A stretch of 64,000 nt of DNA from Myxococcota bacterium (GTDB taxonomy: Bacteria; Myxococcota_A; UBA796; GCA-2862545). Position 1 is the stretch's first letter; each line of letters starts with the position of its first letter. The position numbers were made by a program, and so were the translations under genes. The DNA lies in contig JBCCQY010000012.1 of NCBI GenBank assembly GCA_039208735.1, forward strand, positions 1 to 64,000, in the 5' to 3' direction. The notes below the pieces were generated by a model. That model made no database searches. It saw nothing but the letters and a program-made list of their open reading frames with translations, and had not been told where the DNA came from. Positions 38,256-48,010 of this stretch are shown here, in pieces.

Positions 38256-39248
38256 ATGATGTGGATTTTCCGAATCTGGGGGCTGTGGTTCGTCTTCATG
38301 GGCATCGCAACGGCCCAGGAGGCTCGTCAGGCGCCCGTAGAGATTGAGTCTGTCACAGAACGTCCATTGCCTCCAGCAGAATGGACCTCAGTGCCCGGAC
38401 CCTACGTCACTGTTCACGGACCGCTAGAACGGACAGATTTGCTGTTGCGGCTTGCACGGCATGGTGCGGAATCGGTCGATCGGCTCTCAGATGCGCTTCG
38501 GGTGCCCATCGGAGGTTCCATCGACGTCTACGTGCCTTCCACGGATGAACAATTTCGATCGGTACAGCCGGGACGGCCTCCGGACTATGCCGATGCGGTG
38601 GCCTGGCCTTCAATCGGATTGGTCGTGTTGCGCGATCCCAAGATTCGAATCGCGACCGACGAGCCCCTTGAACAGGTGTTCGACCACGAGCTTGTTCACA
38701 TCCTGCTCGGTCGAGCGTTCGCTCCCCAAGCGCCTCCGGCCTGGCTGCAGGAGGGTGCGGCGCAGCTGTTGGCCCATCAAGACGGACCTCAAACCGCTCA
38801 AACGCTGCGACGTGCCGCGTTGAATGGCCACTTGTACTACCTCGAGACCCTCGAACGCCGGTTCCCGAAGGATGCGGCTCGCGCCCAGGTCGCCTACGCG
38901 ATCTCCCTCGATTTTCTGCAGTACCTCCACGCGGAGTACGACCAGGAGGCCCTTGCGAAGTTGGTGCAAGGGGCGTTGCGAGGTCATTCGCTTTCGCGAG
39001 GCATCGAGGACGTGACCGGCGAACGACTTGAAGTCGTCGAAGACGCCTGGCGGGCGACCCACCAGCGCGGATCCATGTCGTTTGCTTGGCTCGCCGACCT
39101 CGGTACCGGGGTGTTCATGCTTGGAGGCGTGGCCTTGTTGGTCACGGGAATCCTGCGTCGTCGGCGATTCCGTCGTCGCCTGGCTGAGATGGAGGCCGAA
39201 GAGCGTCTCGTCGATGACGTGTTGGAAGCGATGCGACGCCGGCGGTAG
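38256..39248 (+). CDS. Peptidase MA-like zinc metallohydrolase with C-terminal TM
   Basis: HELVH...PAWLQEG; AY..S..F..YL. Confidence 0.85.
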   Translation: MMWIFRIWGLWFVFMGIATAQEARQAPVEIESVTERPLPPAEWTSVPGPYVTVHGPLERTDLLLRLARHGAESVDRLSDALRVPIGGSIDVYVPSTDEQFRSVQPGRPPDYADAVAWPSIGLVVLRDPKIRIATDEPLEQVFDHELVHILLGRAFAPQAPPAWLQEGAAQLLAHQDGPQTAQTLRRAALNGHLYYLETLERRFPKDAARAQVAYAISLDFLQYLHAEYDQEALAKLVQGALRGHSLSRGIEDVTGERLEVVEDAWRATHQRGSMSFAWLADLGTGVFMLGGVALLVTGILRRRRFRRRLAEMEAEERLVDDVLEAMRRRR

Positions 39249-39291
39249 AGGTAGCCAGGGGCGGTCGTTTGCGGGGCGTTCCGGAGGAACA

Positions 39292-39942
39292 ATGCTTGCA
39301 TTGATTTGGGTGGTCGCGTGTGCACCGGTTCCCGTGGACCCGACGGGCAAACCCTTCGACGCCGTGGCGACCGAAGCCTCACGTCCGGTGACCCCGACGG
39401 CTCTTGGATCGCTGGCTCCCAAGCCCGGTCCCATCGGGCTGACCCAGTTGCCGCCGATTCCCGAACCGCCGACCGCAGAGGAACTCGCCGAGGCGAACCT
39501 GCCTCCGGTCAGCGTTGCGCCGTCCCCCGACCCGCTTCCGTCGCCCGAGCCGACGCTTGCCGCTCCCGCAGCCATCAGTCCCACCGCGGTGGACCTGAAT
39601 TGGGATCCGGCGATGCCCACTCGCGGGGAGGCATTTGGTGTCACGCTGGTAGGCACGATGGTCGATGCGAGTCCCCCAAACGCCGTGCTGCGCTTGCCGA
39701 ATGGCGACAAAGCGTTGGTCGAGGCAGGGGAAATGCTCGATGATGCAGGTTTGCTCGTTCTCGCGGTGGGCGACAAGGTCGTGAAGATCGTCAAAGTGAC
39801 GAAGGAGGGCTGGTACGCAAGCGTCGAAACGGCGACGCTGCACAGCAATCCTCGGGGGACCAACCCGGTTCGTCCGGTCGTTCCTGCGAAGCCGAAACCG
39901 AGCGCCCCGAAGCCGAGCTTGCCCAAGCCCGCGGGGCCCTGA
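39292..39942 (+). CDS. Pro-rich lipoprotein with PilP/GspC-like beta domain
   Basis: GGAGGA RBS; MLALIWVVAC; 'LVGTM.....NAVLRLPNG....V..GE.L....V.AV'. Confidence 0.6.
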   Translation: MLALIWVVACAPVPVDPTGKPFDAVATEASRPVTPTALGSLAPKPGPIGLTQLPPIPEPPTAEELAEANLPPVSVAPSPDPLPSPEPTLAAPAAISPTAVDLNWDPAMPTRGEAFGVTLVGTMVDASPPNAVLRLPNGDKALVEAGEMLDDAGLLVLAVGDKVVKIVKVTKEGWYASVETATLHSNPRGTNPVRPVVPAKPKPSAPKPSLPKPAGP

Positions 39943-39965
39943 CACCCGTCAACATTTCCGGTAAA

Positions 39966-40084
39966 CCCTACTGCCGCTCGACTCGGCCTCCCTGTCCTCG
40001 GCGAAGCTCGGCTTCGCTCGGACTCCGGCCGTTCGCTGCGCGAACCGTCTCGCAGGCAGGCCCTACTGCGGCTCGACTCGGCCT
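39966..40084. repeat. Intergenic element: two 24-bp direct repeats flanking hairpins (REP/MITE-like)
   Basis: CCCTACTGC[C/G]GCTCGACTCGGCCT at 39966-39989 and 40061-40084; internal GCGAAGC-TCG-GCTTCGC and GTTCGC-TGC-GCGAAC. Confidence 0.75.
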
Positions 40085-40115
40085 TCTTGGCCCGGAAGTT
40101 GCGAGGGGTCGCGGC

Positions 40116-42224
40116 ATGCAAACGGTTGCGATTGGCATGTTCAGCGTGGTGGCTGGGGTCTTGGTGGCGCCACTTCTTCCCGGTTCCTGGGGGGCTTGGG
40201 CCAGCCTCGCCCTTGGCGGATTGGGCCTTTGGGGGCATCGGGGGGGCTGGCTCGGCAGCATAGGGATAGGCCTGTTGGTCGGCGTGGTGGCGAGTCGCAC
40301 GGTGCCCCAAGGTCCCGAGCTGACCGGATGGGTCAGCCTTCGCGGCGTGCGCGTAGGAGCCCCACAGGGACGCTCGGGGGATGTCGCGGTCGGCGGGCCA
40401 GGGGCACCCTCAATCGGGCGAGTTCGGATTCGCTTTCGGGAGCGAGCGCCGCCTGCGGGCGCCTCGGTCCTCGTCGTGGGTCGGGCCAGGCCGGTGCGCG
40501 ACGCGTTGCCTGGGGCGCCCAGCCCCCTTCGCGCGGCTCGCTTGGTCGGCGTGCGCACCGAGGTTCTCGCATCGCGCAGCGCGGTGATCGGGGCCCCGAT
40601 GACGGCCCCATCGTCGAACGACCCCACCGGGCTGCTCCGGGCGGTCACGACGGGTGACCGTCGGGGGCTCGATGAAGCCTTGGTGGGGCGGCTGCGTCGC
40701 ACGGGAACCGCCCACTTGCTTGCGATCAGCGGGTTTCATGTCTCGATCGTGGCTGGCTTGGCGTTTGCCCTTGGATTGGTCGGGCACCGAGCGCTGGCCG
40801 TTCGTTGGCCGACCGGCGCCCCCCCTTGGGCACCCGCGGGCTTCGCGGTCTTGGCCGCATCCATCTACGCGTTGGGGGCTGGCATGCCCATTTCGGCCCA
40901 ACGCGCGACGTTGCTGCTCGGGCTGGTCATGGTGGGACGGTTGTGGGGGCGAACCGCACGCATCTTGCCGATCTTGATGTTCGTGGCCGCGGCGGTGGCC
41001 ATGGTGGATCCGGGCGCGTTGGCCACTCCGAGCTTTCAGCTCTCGTTCGGTGCGGTCGCGGGCCTAGCTACGTTCGGTGTCCAGCTCTCGAATTGGATCC
41101 CTCCAGATGTTCCGTGGATGGTGCGGTGGCTTGGACGATCCGTCGTGGCCAGTGTGGCAGCGACGCTCGGGACGTTGCCCGCCGCCGCATGGTGGTTTCA
41201 ACAGTTGGCGCCCTGGTCAGTGGTGGCAAACCTCATCGCCGTGCCGGTGACGGGCTTGGTCATCGTGCCGGCGGCAGGGCTGGCCCAGCTGCTTCCTGAA
41301 CCGCTGGCCGGGGGCGCTGCGCATGTCGGAACCCTTGCGACACGAGCGGTCTTTTGGGCCCTGGCCCCTTTCGATGTCACGCCATGGGCCCCTGCAGTGG
41401 GCCCCCTCGGGGCTGCCCTTCTTGCGGGAGCGCTCGTCATCGCGGTGCGACGACCATGGTGGGGGTTTGGCGGAGTCGCGGCGGTGTTGCTGTGGCCCGC
41501 TTCGGAAGCTGCAGGGTGGCGATTCGTGTTCCTCGATGTGGGGCAGGGTGATGCCGCCTTTGTCCAACACCCTTCGGGTAAGCGCTGGCTCGTCGATGGT
41601 GGACGACCTTCGTTCGCGGTGCTGCAGTGGCTTCGTCGGGAGCGGATTCGTCATCTGGATGTCGTGGTGGTCACACACAGCGATGCAGACCACCTAGGCG
41701 GCACGCTACCGGTGATTCGTTCGTTGTCGGTGGACGAGGTCTGGGCCGTCAACCCACCGGATGCCTTGATCGAAGCTTGCACGGAGGCCGAGGTTCCCCT
41801 GCGTCGCCCGCGGGATGCTTTGTGGCCCCCAAACGATGGGGTTCCTCGCGATGACAACGATGGCTCCATCGTGTTGTCGCTGGGGCCTCTGCTCCTCGCG
41901 GCTGACATCGACGCCGACATCGAGGCCGAGCTGTTGGACCGTGGGTTGTCGCACCACGCGTGGCTCAAAGTGGCCCATCACGGGTCGCGGTCGTCGACCC
42001 ACTCGGCCTTTCTTGAGGTCGTCCGTCCGACCCATGCGGTGGTGTCGGTGGGACGTGACAACCGCTACGGGCATCCGGCTCCCGAAGTGCTCGATCGGCT
42101 CCATTCGGCTCACGCCGAGGTGTGGCGAACCGACCTGGATGGGACGGTCGAAGTCCACGTGACGCCGCGGGGCACGGTGGTCCAGACGAGTCGAAACCGG
42201 GCTCCTCGAACGCGACCTCCATGA
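40116..42224 (+). CDS. comEC: DNA internalization competence protein ComEC/Rec2
   Basis: TGTAHLLAISGFH, SFQLSF, ANLIAVP, DVGQGD, HSDADH, KVAHHGS, NRYGHP. Confidence 0.95.
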   Translation: MQTVAIGMFSVVAGVLVAPLLPGSWGAWASLALGGLGLWGHRGGWLGSIGIGLLVGVVASRTVPQGPELTGWVSLRGVRVGAPQGRSGDVAVGGPGAPSIGRVRIRFRERAPPAGASVLVVGRARPVRDALPGAPSPLRAARLVGVRTEVLASRSAVIGAPMTAPSSNDPTGLLRAVTTGDRRGLDEALVGRLRRTGTAHLLAISGFHVSIVAGLAFALGLVGHRALAVRWPTGAPPWAPAGFAVLAASIYALGAGMPISAQRATLLLGLVMVGRLWGRTARILPILMFVAAAVAMVDPGALATPSFQLSFGAVAGLATFGVQLSNWIPPDVPWMVRWLGRSVVASVAATLGTLPAAAWWFQQLAPWSVVANLIAVPVTGLVIVPAAGLAQLLPEPLAGGAAHVGTLATRAVFWALAPFDVTPWAPAVGPLGAALLAGALVIAVRRPWWGFGGVAAVLLWPASEAAGWRFVFLDVGQGDAAFVQHPSGKRWLVDGGRPSFAVLQWLRRERIRHLDVVVVTHSDADHLGGTLPVIRSLSVDEVWAVNPPDALIEACTEAEVPLRRPRDALWPPNDGVPRDDNDGSIVLSLGPLLLAADIDADIEAELLDRGLSHHAWLKVAHHGSRSSTHSAFLEVVRPTHAVVSVGRDNRYGHPAPEVLDRLHSAHAEVWRTDLDGTVEVHVTPRGTVVQTSRNRAPRTRPP

Positions 42225-42281
42225 GCTTGCCCACGGCCGTGGGGGGCGCTACGACGCCCCTTCACCGGGGGGGACCGCGTC

Positions 42282-42857
42282 ATGAACCGCCGCAACATCA
42301 CGTTCGCGCTCTGTGCAGTGCTCGGCCTGATCGCCGATCAAGGCTCGAAGTGGTGGATCATCAACAATATCGCGCTCAATACTGGAGAAATCCCACTCAT
42401 CGACGGGTTGTTGTCGCTCGTCTACGTGCAGAACCCCGGGGCCCTGTTTGGCCTTGGGGCAGGGTCTGCCTATGCGCAGCCGGTGTTTCTCGTGTTCACG
42501 GTGGTGGCGCTGTTCGTGATTGGCGACATGTTCCGTCGCCTCCCCCCAACCGACACCTACATGGCCGCCGCCCTTGGCCTCGTGCTTTCGGGCGCAATCG
42601 GCAACGGACTCGATCGGCTTCGCTTTGCCAAGGTCACTGACTTCATTCGGTTCTACACCGAAGATCCTGGTTTGGTGGCGTGGCTTCGGGGCTTGGGCTT
42701 GCCTCCGGAGTACCCGAGCTTCAACATCGCGGATGCCGCACTCGTCGTGGGCATCGGCATGTTCATCATCCACTACCTGTTCCTCGAAAAGCGCGAATCC
42801 GCTTCGACGGAGGCGACCGAGGCTCCCGCGCCATCCGAAGAACCCGCTTCCGAGTAG
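42282..42857 (+). CDS. lspA: Lipoprotein signal peptidase II
   Basis: DQGSK, NPGALFG, GAIGNGLDR, VTDF, FNIAD. Confidence 0.96.
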   Translation: MNRRNITFALCAVLGLIADQGSKWWIINNIALNTGEIPLIDGLLSLVYVQNPGALFGLGAGSAYAQPVFLVFTVVALFVIGDMFRRLPPTDTYMAAALGLVLSGAIGNGLDRLRFAKVTDFIRFYTEDPGLVAWLRGLGLPPEYPSFNIADAALVVGIGMFIIHYLFLEKRESASTEATEAPAPSEEPASE

Positions 42858-42864
42858 GCAGCGG

Positions 42865-43287
42865 CTATCGCTTCCCGATGAGTGCGCGGTGGTCGGCGAG
42901 CATGCACCGGTCCTGAATCACCCGGAGGCCTGCGGCGCGTAGGTCCGTCGCGACGGCCTCGTTTTCGATGCCCAGCTGGAACCAGATGATGGGTGCACCC
43001 GCAGCCAGGAACTCGTCGCGGTGGTCCGCAAGCGCTTCGCTTCGTCGGAACACGTCGATGAGATCGACGGGACCAGCCTCCTCAAGCGAGGCGAGGATCG
43101 TACCGCCCAGCCAGGCTTCGCCAGCCCGGGTCGGATTGATGCCAATGACCGTCCAGCCCTGCTCCTTTAGGTACTTCGGTACGTAGTACGCGGCGCGGTG
43201 TTCGTCTGGATGCGCTCCGAGCACAGCGATGCGCTTGGGCGTAGAAAGGATGTCGCGCAGGTCATGGACGGATGCTGGGTCGGCCAT
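42865..43287 (-). CDS. CoA-binding protein (YccU-like)
   Basis: IAVLGA, DLIDVFRRS, WFQLGI, VIQDRC; GAGGAGG RBS. Confidence 0.92.
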   Translation of the reverse strand: MADPASVHDLRDILSTPKRIAVLGAHPDEHRAAYYVPKYLKEQGWTVIGINPTRAGEAWLGGTILASLEEAGPVDLIDVFRRSEALADHRDEFLAAGAPIIWFQLGIENEAVATDLRAAGLRVIQDRCMLADHRALIGKR

Positions 43288-43340
43288 CTCCCCTCCTCGC
43301 AAGATGACGTATGGTCCTCCACGGCCCCGATTTGTGACAC

Positions 43341-43847
43341 TCACTCCATCTGCACGTGCACGTGGCGACGTACGGCAGAGTGGTGGTCGAGTTCCGGAGC
43401 CTGTGACCAAGCCAGGACCAGCCACGCGCCATGGGCCTTGTCCAATGTTGGCGCCGGAACTCGGAGCCGTACGGTTGTGCCCTCCGCGGTCTGATGGGAC
43501 CCCAGCAGCGCCACCTCGGAACGCGCCACGGGCCCATGTCGACCCGGCGCGTTCACGATGTGGTGGGCAGCCCCGCCAACGCCGTCGGTTTGCCAACCGA
43601 AGAAGAGGTTCGCACCTACGATGTCGTTGACCTGATTCGTCCCGAGGACCACCCAACCACGGGTCTTCGCCTCCAGCTGGACCACCCAAGTCGTCTCCTC
43701 TACCCGCCACCGCGCGACCATCCCTTCGATGCGCGCCTCGTGTTCGAAAGGGGCTTTTGGAGCAGGTAATCGAGGCGCGTCGCCCGGGATGTTCGAGCAG
43801 GACGCCCACGCCGGCGGGGCCATCGTCAACACAGCGAACCACCACAT
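43341..43847 (-). CDS. Secreted DOMON domain protein
   Basis: 'QLEAKTRGWVVLG.N....GANL', C-terminal HH; signal ending AWA. Confidence 0.75.
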   Translation of the reverse strand: MWWFAVLTMAPPAWASCSNIPGDAPRLPAPKAPFEHEARIEGMVARWRVEETTWVVQLEAKTRGWVVLGTNQVNDIVGANLFFGWQTDGVGGAAHHIVNAPGRHGPVARSEVALLGSHQTAEGTTVRLRVPAPTLDKAHGAWLVLAWSQAPELDHHSAVRRHVHVQME

Positions 43848-43875
43848 GGCGGCCTCCAGTTTCTGCCTTCATATA

Positions 43876-43895
43876 ATAAACTAAGTTTAGTTTAT
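43876..43895. promoter_or_regulatory. AT-rich palindromic operator overlapping the probable promoter of the DOMON gene
   Basis: ATAAACTAA-GT-TTAGTTTAT with perfect 9-bp arms; TTGATA on the - strand overlaps its edge. Confidence 0.75.
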
Positions 43896-43950
43896 CAAAT
43901 GAGCCAAAGAGTGCCGGGAAGAATCTTCATGGATTCAACCCGGCCTATGG

Positions 43951-46509
43951 CTACTTGAGGCTGTCGCGCTTCTTCTTCAGGGCCTTCCGTTCCTCGACCA
44001 GTTCATTGGCCTTCGCCAATTCGAGAGCTTCATCGAGGAAGGTCGCGGCTTGGTCCTTCTGCCCCTTCGCGACCGCTACATCGGCCAGTTGGTCGAGGGT
44101 CGATGCGATCTCACGCGGCGTGTTGGCTTCTCGATACATCGCCAGCGCCTGGTTCAAGGTCTGCTCCGCCAAATCCCATTCCTTGAGGGCGCGGTAGGTG
44201 GCGCCCAGGAAGAAGTGGATTTGTCGCACGATGGGGTGCTTGCCGAGCTGTGCGGACCGCTGGCGAGCCTCTTCGAGGTGGGTACGGGCCTCGATGGGCT
44301 TGTTGGTCCGCAGTTGGAACAGGCCGACGTGGTAGAGGTCCGCCGGCAGCGCCTGCTCGAGGTTCATCTGGCGAGCGAGTTCGAGGGCGCGCTGGGCCGG
44401 AGGCAGGGCCTCAGCGGGATTGTTGAGGACGCCCTCGACTTGGGCCAGCAGCTCGCAAGCCGTGTGTTCCCGGCGGGGGTTCCGCAGGGCCTGAGCGATT
44501 TCGACGACGCGCCGCAATGCATCGCGGCCCGCTTCGAACTGGCGAGCCGCAAGAAGGGCTTCGCCGTAGGACAGTCCCGAATCGAGCGCGATGCCCGTCA
44601 CGCCGTGCTGGCCCGCAATCTGGTTGGCATTCTTGAAGTGCTCGATGGCCTCTTCGAGCTTGGGCGGCTGGCTTTGGCGAGCCGCGAGTCCACGGATTTG
44701 CGCCACCGTGGCTGCGATGTCGACCATCTGCGCTTCCTGCTCGTTCTCGAGCTTCACTTTACCGAGTTTCTCGGCCTCATCCGCGTGATCGAGCGCCGTT
44801 TGGAGGTTGCCGTCTTGGAGTTCGACGGCGGCAAGGTGGTTGCGAATCTCGGCCATGCGCCGGTTGTTTTCTTTGGCCTCGTAGAGCTTGAGGGCGTCGT
44901 TGGCCCGCTCACGGGCCCGGAACAGGTCTTGACGACGAAGATCAAGCTTGGAGCCGTTGAACAACAGCCACGCCGTCAAATCGCGATCTTCATGCTCCGT
45001 CGCCCATTCCGTCACCTCGGTATGAACGCGGTCGGCGACCTGGAGGTTGCCGTTGGCGACCAGCCGGTCCAGCAGGTTCATGAACACCGTGCGCCGCATG
45101 GTGTCGGGGAACTTGAGTTCGTCGAAGTAGCGCATGAGGTCGTAGGACAAACCCCAGACATCCGCCGAATCCTGGGTGAGGATGTTGGCGCGCATCACTT
45201 CGGCCTGTTGCGGAGCCCCGTGCTCGGCGTAGACCTTGGCCGTCTTTACGATGAAACCATAGCCCCGAGGCACCAGGTAGCGTTCCATGAACTGGCCCAC
45301 ACCGCGTGCCAGTCCGTGTCCTTCGTCGTTGTCGTTGCGCTCGAGGATGCCTTCGTGGAAGGAACCGCGGGAAAACCGATAGATCCAGGTTCCGAGTTCC
45401 TCGGAGAACTGCACTTCCTCGAACAGGTCCGACATGGCGTCGAGCAGGTCATCGATCGAATCCCGATCGAAGTTGCCCATGTCGGCCACGAGATTCGACG
45501 GGAACGCAGGGCCCAACAGCGCCGCGAAGAACGTGATGCGGCCGATGTCGTCGGGAGTTGCGTGCTTGCGATCCCCTTCGCCTGGGGGCTCCGACGGAAT
45601 GTCGAGTTCGCTTTCATCGACCTCGAGCGGCACGAGCGACGACAGCGTAATGCCCTCGAGCTCACCGGTAAGTTCGTTGCGATCCGTGAGGATGTCGACC
45701 ACTTCCGCGATGAAGCCGGGTCGTCCACGAGCAATCTCTGCAAGCCGGGCTGCGTTGGCCTCGATGCCCTTGGACGAGAGGTAGGACGACACTTCGTCGG
45801 CGCCCCACGGCGCAATGGCGACGGTCTCGATGTCATCGCGGCGCTCGTACATGTCGAGCAAGGGCCGCGGGAACAGCACCTTCGTGACGTCTGACTCGGG
45901 CTCGTCGTAGACGATCTGGAACACCTTGGCGTCGCGTGTATTGGCCTCGGTGTGCACGCCCTCGACGAACAATGGCAGCGCCAGCGAGTGTACGGCGTAG
46001 GCGTTTTGCAGCTCGAGGATGATCGGGATCTTCCTCGAGATGCCCACCACGACTTCAACGAGACCAACCAACGGGTTGTCCTGCGGCATGCGCAGCTGGA
46101 TCTGCCCGGTTTCCTTGTCGGCCTTCGCCTCTTTCATGGCGGCGATGAACTGTTGGTACCAGTTTTGGACGCGCTTGGGCTGGGACGGGATTTGTGCATT
46201 CAACACCATCTCGACCTTGCCGCGGACCAAGGGGTCCTGCGAAAGGATGGCGATGAGGGACCCGTACATGCGCACGAGCCATTGCAACCCATTCTCCTGG
46301 TCGAGGCAGGGCACGCGCCAGATGATGGTTCCGTCCTCGGCGCTCGCGACCTTCCGGAAGAATTCGCCGGCCAGCGCCCGGCGACCACCTCCGAAGGGTC
46401 CCTGCAGGCGAATCGTCTTGGTGCGACCCTGCTGCACTTCAGCCCAGTGTGTGCTGAGCGCGTCGAGATCGGACGGACGGGCCACGAAGATCGAAGCTTC
46501 TTCGGACAA
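43951..46509 (-). CDS. STAND/AAA_16-like NTPase (degenerate P-loop) fused to TPR repeats
   Basis: FVAR..DL..L, GPFGGGRR, ARGRPGFI, YRF; C-terminal TPR-like helices; AAGGAG RBS before TTG. Confidence 0.8.
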   Translation of the reverse strand: MSEEASIFVARPSDLDALSTHWAEVQQGRTKTIRLQGPFGGGRRALAGEFFRKVASAEDGTIIWRVPCLDQENGLQWLVRMYGSLIAILSQDPLVRGKVEMVLNAQIPSQPKRVQNWYQQFIAAMKEAKADKETGQIQLRMPQDNPLVGLVEVVVGISRKIPIILELQNAYAVHSLALPLFVEGVHTEANTRDAKVFQIVYDEPESDVTKVLFPRPLLDMYERRDDIETVAIAPWGADEVSSYLSSKGIEANAARLAEIARGRPGFIAEVVDILTDRNELTGELEGITLSSLVPLEVDESELDIPSEPPGEGDRKHATPDDIGRITFFAALLGPAFPSNLVADMGNFDRDSIDDLLDAMSDLFEEVQFSEELGTWIYRFSRGSFHEGILERNDNDEGHGLARGVGQFMERYLVPRGYGFIVKTAKVYAEHGAPQQAEVMRANILTQDSADVWGLSYDLMRYFDELKFPDTMRRTVFMNLLDRLVANGNLQVADRVHTEVTEWATEHEDRDLTAWLLFNGSKLDLRRQDLFRARERANDALKLYEAKENNRRMAEIRNHLAAVELQDGNLQTALDHADEAEKLGKVKLENEQEAQMVDIAATVAQIRGLAARQSQPPKLEEAIEHFKNANQIAGQHGVTGIALDSGLSYGEALLAARQFEAGRDALRRVVEIAQALRNPRREHTACELLAQVEGVLNNPAEALPPAQRALELARQMNLEQALPADLYHVGLFQLRTNKPIEARTHLEEARQRSAQLGKHPIVRQIHFFLGATYRALKEWDLAEQTLNQALAMYREANTPREIASTLDQLADVAVAKGQKDQAATFLDEALELAKANELVEERKALKKKRDSLK

Positions 46510-46625
46510 GCTTGCTCCTTTGAGAGACTCTGGGGGGCGGCCGGATGCCCCGGCGCCGCGGGGGTCGGTATATATGGGTGGGAATCCACCGACGCAACGG
46601 TTGCATAACCACCCCCGGAGCCCCG

Positions 46626-47090
46626 ATGATCGACGTCAAGCGCCTTGTCTTGCCGCTGTTGCTGACCGTTGGCTGCAACGGCGAAGACCTGCCTGGTAGC
46701 TACTTTGACGTGGAACGGCAGGGCGCCGAGAATCGTTGCACGGGTAACGGCACGAACTTCCGCGAGAACCTTCCGTATCGATTGGTCCGCCGCGGCAACG
46801 AAGTCACCTTGGCCGTGGGTCCTGACGAGTTTGCGACCGGCATCTCGGACGGTTGCACGATCAACTACAACACGATCGTGTGGACGTCTCAGCGTCAAGG
46901 CTTTGCGATTGATTGGCAGGTAGAAGGCGAAGCCTTGGTCGACCCCGAGGGGGGCGACGTGTGCAACAAGAACGGAGATTGGGTGGGCGCCGAGACCTAC
47001 TCCATCACGAACTCGGAGCATCCTGACGTATCGCCTGGTTGCACCTACACGGTCGAAGTCAGCGGTGATTTCACCATGATGGTGGAATGA
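46626..47090 (+). CDS. Hypothetical lipoprotein
   Basis: GGAG RBS; LTVGC lipobox; ATGA overlap with moxR. Confidence 0.75.
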   Translation: MIDVKRLVLPLLLTVGCNGEDLPGSYFDVERQGAENRCTGNGTNFRENLPYRLVRRGNEVTLAVGPDEFATGISDGCTINYNTIVWTSQRQGFAIDWQVEGEALVDPEGGDVCNKNGDWVGAETYSITNSEHPDVSPGCTYTVEVSGDFTMMVE

Positions 47091-48010
47091 CCGAGGCACC
47101 AAGGGCACTCGCAGCACTCCGCGAGGCCGTGAACGCGCAGTTGGTTGGCAAGGCTGAAGTCGTCGACCTGGCCCTCACGGCGATCTTGGCCGGGGGCCAC
47201 CTCTTGCTGCAGGACATTCCGGGGGTGGGCAAAACGACCCTTGCTCGGGCCCTCGCCGCGGTCGTCGGAGGAGGGTTTGCGCGGGTGCAGTTCACCTCCG
47301 ACCTACTGCCGAGCGACCTCATCGGCGTCAATGTCCTCGATCCGGCCACGGGATCGTTCGGATTTCGGCCCGGCCCGATCTTTGCCAATGTCGTGCTTGC
47401 AGATGAGATCAACCGTACGACGCCCAAGACGCAGTCGGCCCTCTTCGAAGCGATGGAGGAACGTCAGGTCACCGTTGACGGTGAAACGCGAGCCCTTCCC
47501 TCCCCGTTTTTCGTGGTCGCCACCCAAAACCCCTTTGACGCCCACGGCACGTTTGCGCTGCCCGACAGCCAGCTGGACCGGTTCCTGATGCGGTTGTCGA
47601 TCGGCTACCCCGACCGGTCGACCGAGCGAGCGATCTTGCGCCAGGTCGAGCGCACAGCTCCGGCGGCGGTTCTCGATCCCGATGGTCTGAACGGGCTCAT
47701 CGAAATGACCGCGCAAATGCAGATGCCCGAGATCGTCGAGGAGTACCTTCTCGATGTGGTGGCGGCGACGCGACGCGATTCGGGTTTGGTGCGCGGCGTC
47801 TCCACGCGGGCTGCGCAAGCGCTCCATCGCGCGGTGCGTGCGTTGGCAGTGGTGGAAGGTCGCGAGTACCCCGAGTTCGAAGATGTGCGAAGGCTCGTGA
47901 TGCCCGTATTTGCCCACCGGCTGATGGCCCGAGCGGGCCATGGTCCCGGTGATGTCGCCACCGTCGACCGTCTGCGCGCTCTGCTGGATACGATTCCTTC
48001 GCCGTTATGA
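47087..48010 (+). CDS. moxR: MoxR family AAA+ ATPase
   Basis: PGVGKT, RVQFTSDLLPSD, LADEINR, ATQNP, SQLDRF. Confidence 0.95.
   Translation: MTEAPRALAALREAVNAQLVGKAEVVDLALTAILAGGHLLLQDIPGVGKTTLARALAAVVGGGFARVQFTSDLLPSDLIGVNVLDPATGSFGFRPGPIFANVVLADEINRTTPKTQSALFEAMEERQVTVDGETRALPSPFFVVATQNPFDAHGTFALPDSQLDRFLMRLSIGYPDRSTERAILRQVERTAPAAVLDPDGLNGLIEMTAQMQMPEIVEEYLLDVVAATRRDSGLVRGVSTRAAQALHRAVRALAVVEGREYPEFEDVRRLVMPVFAHRLMARAGHGPGDVATVDRLRALLDTIPSPL

Noticed and set aside
39966..40084. Possible mini CRISPR array
   Set aside because: Only two repeats, a 71-bp structured spacer, and no cas genes in the window.
44050..45894. Long antisense ORFs (also 1038-2366, 19841-21307, 31561-33174, 38610-40310, 13836-14822)
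   Set aside because: Shadow ORFs opposite well-supported genes, expected from GC-rich codon bias; no motifs.
43951..46509. Avs-type antiphage STAND system
   Set aside because: No effector domain, degenerate Walker motifs and no defence-island context; kept only as a pseudo-NTPase finding.
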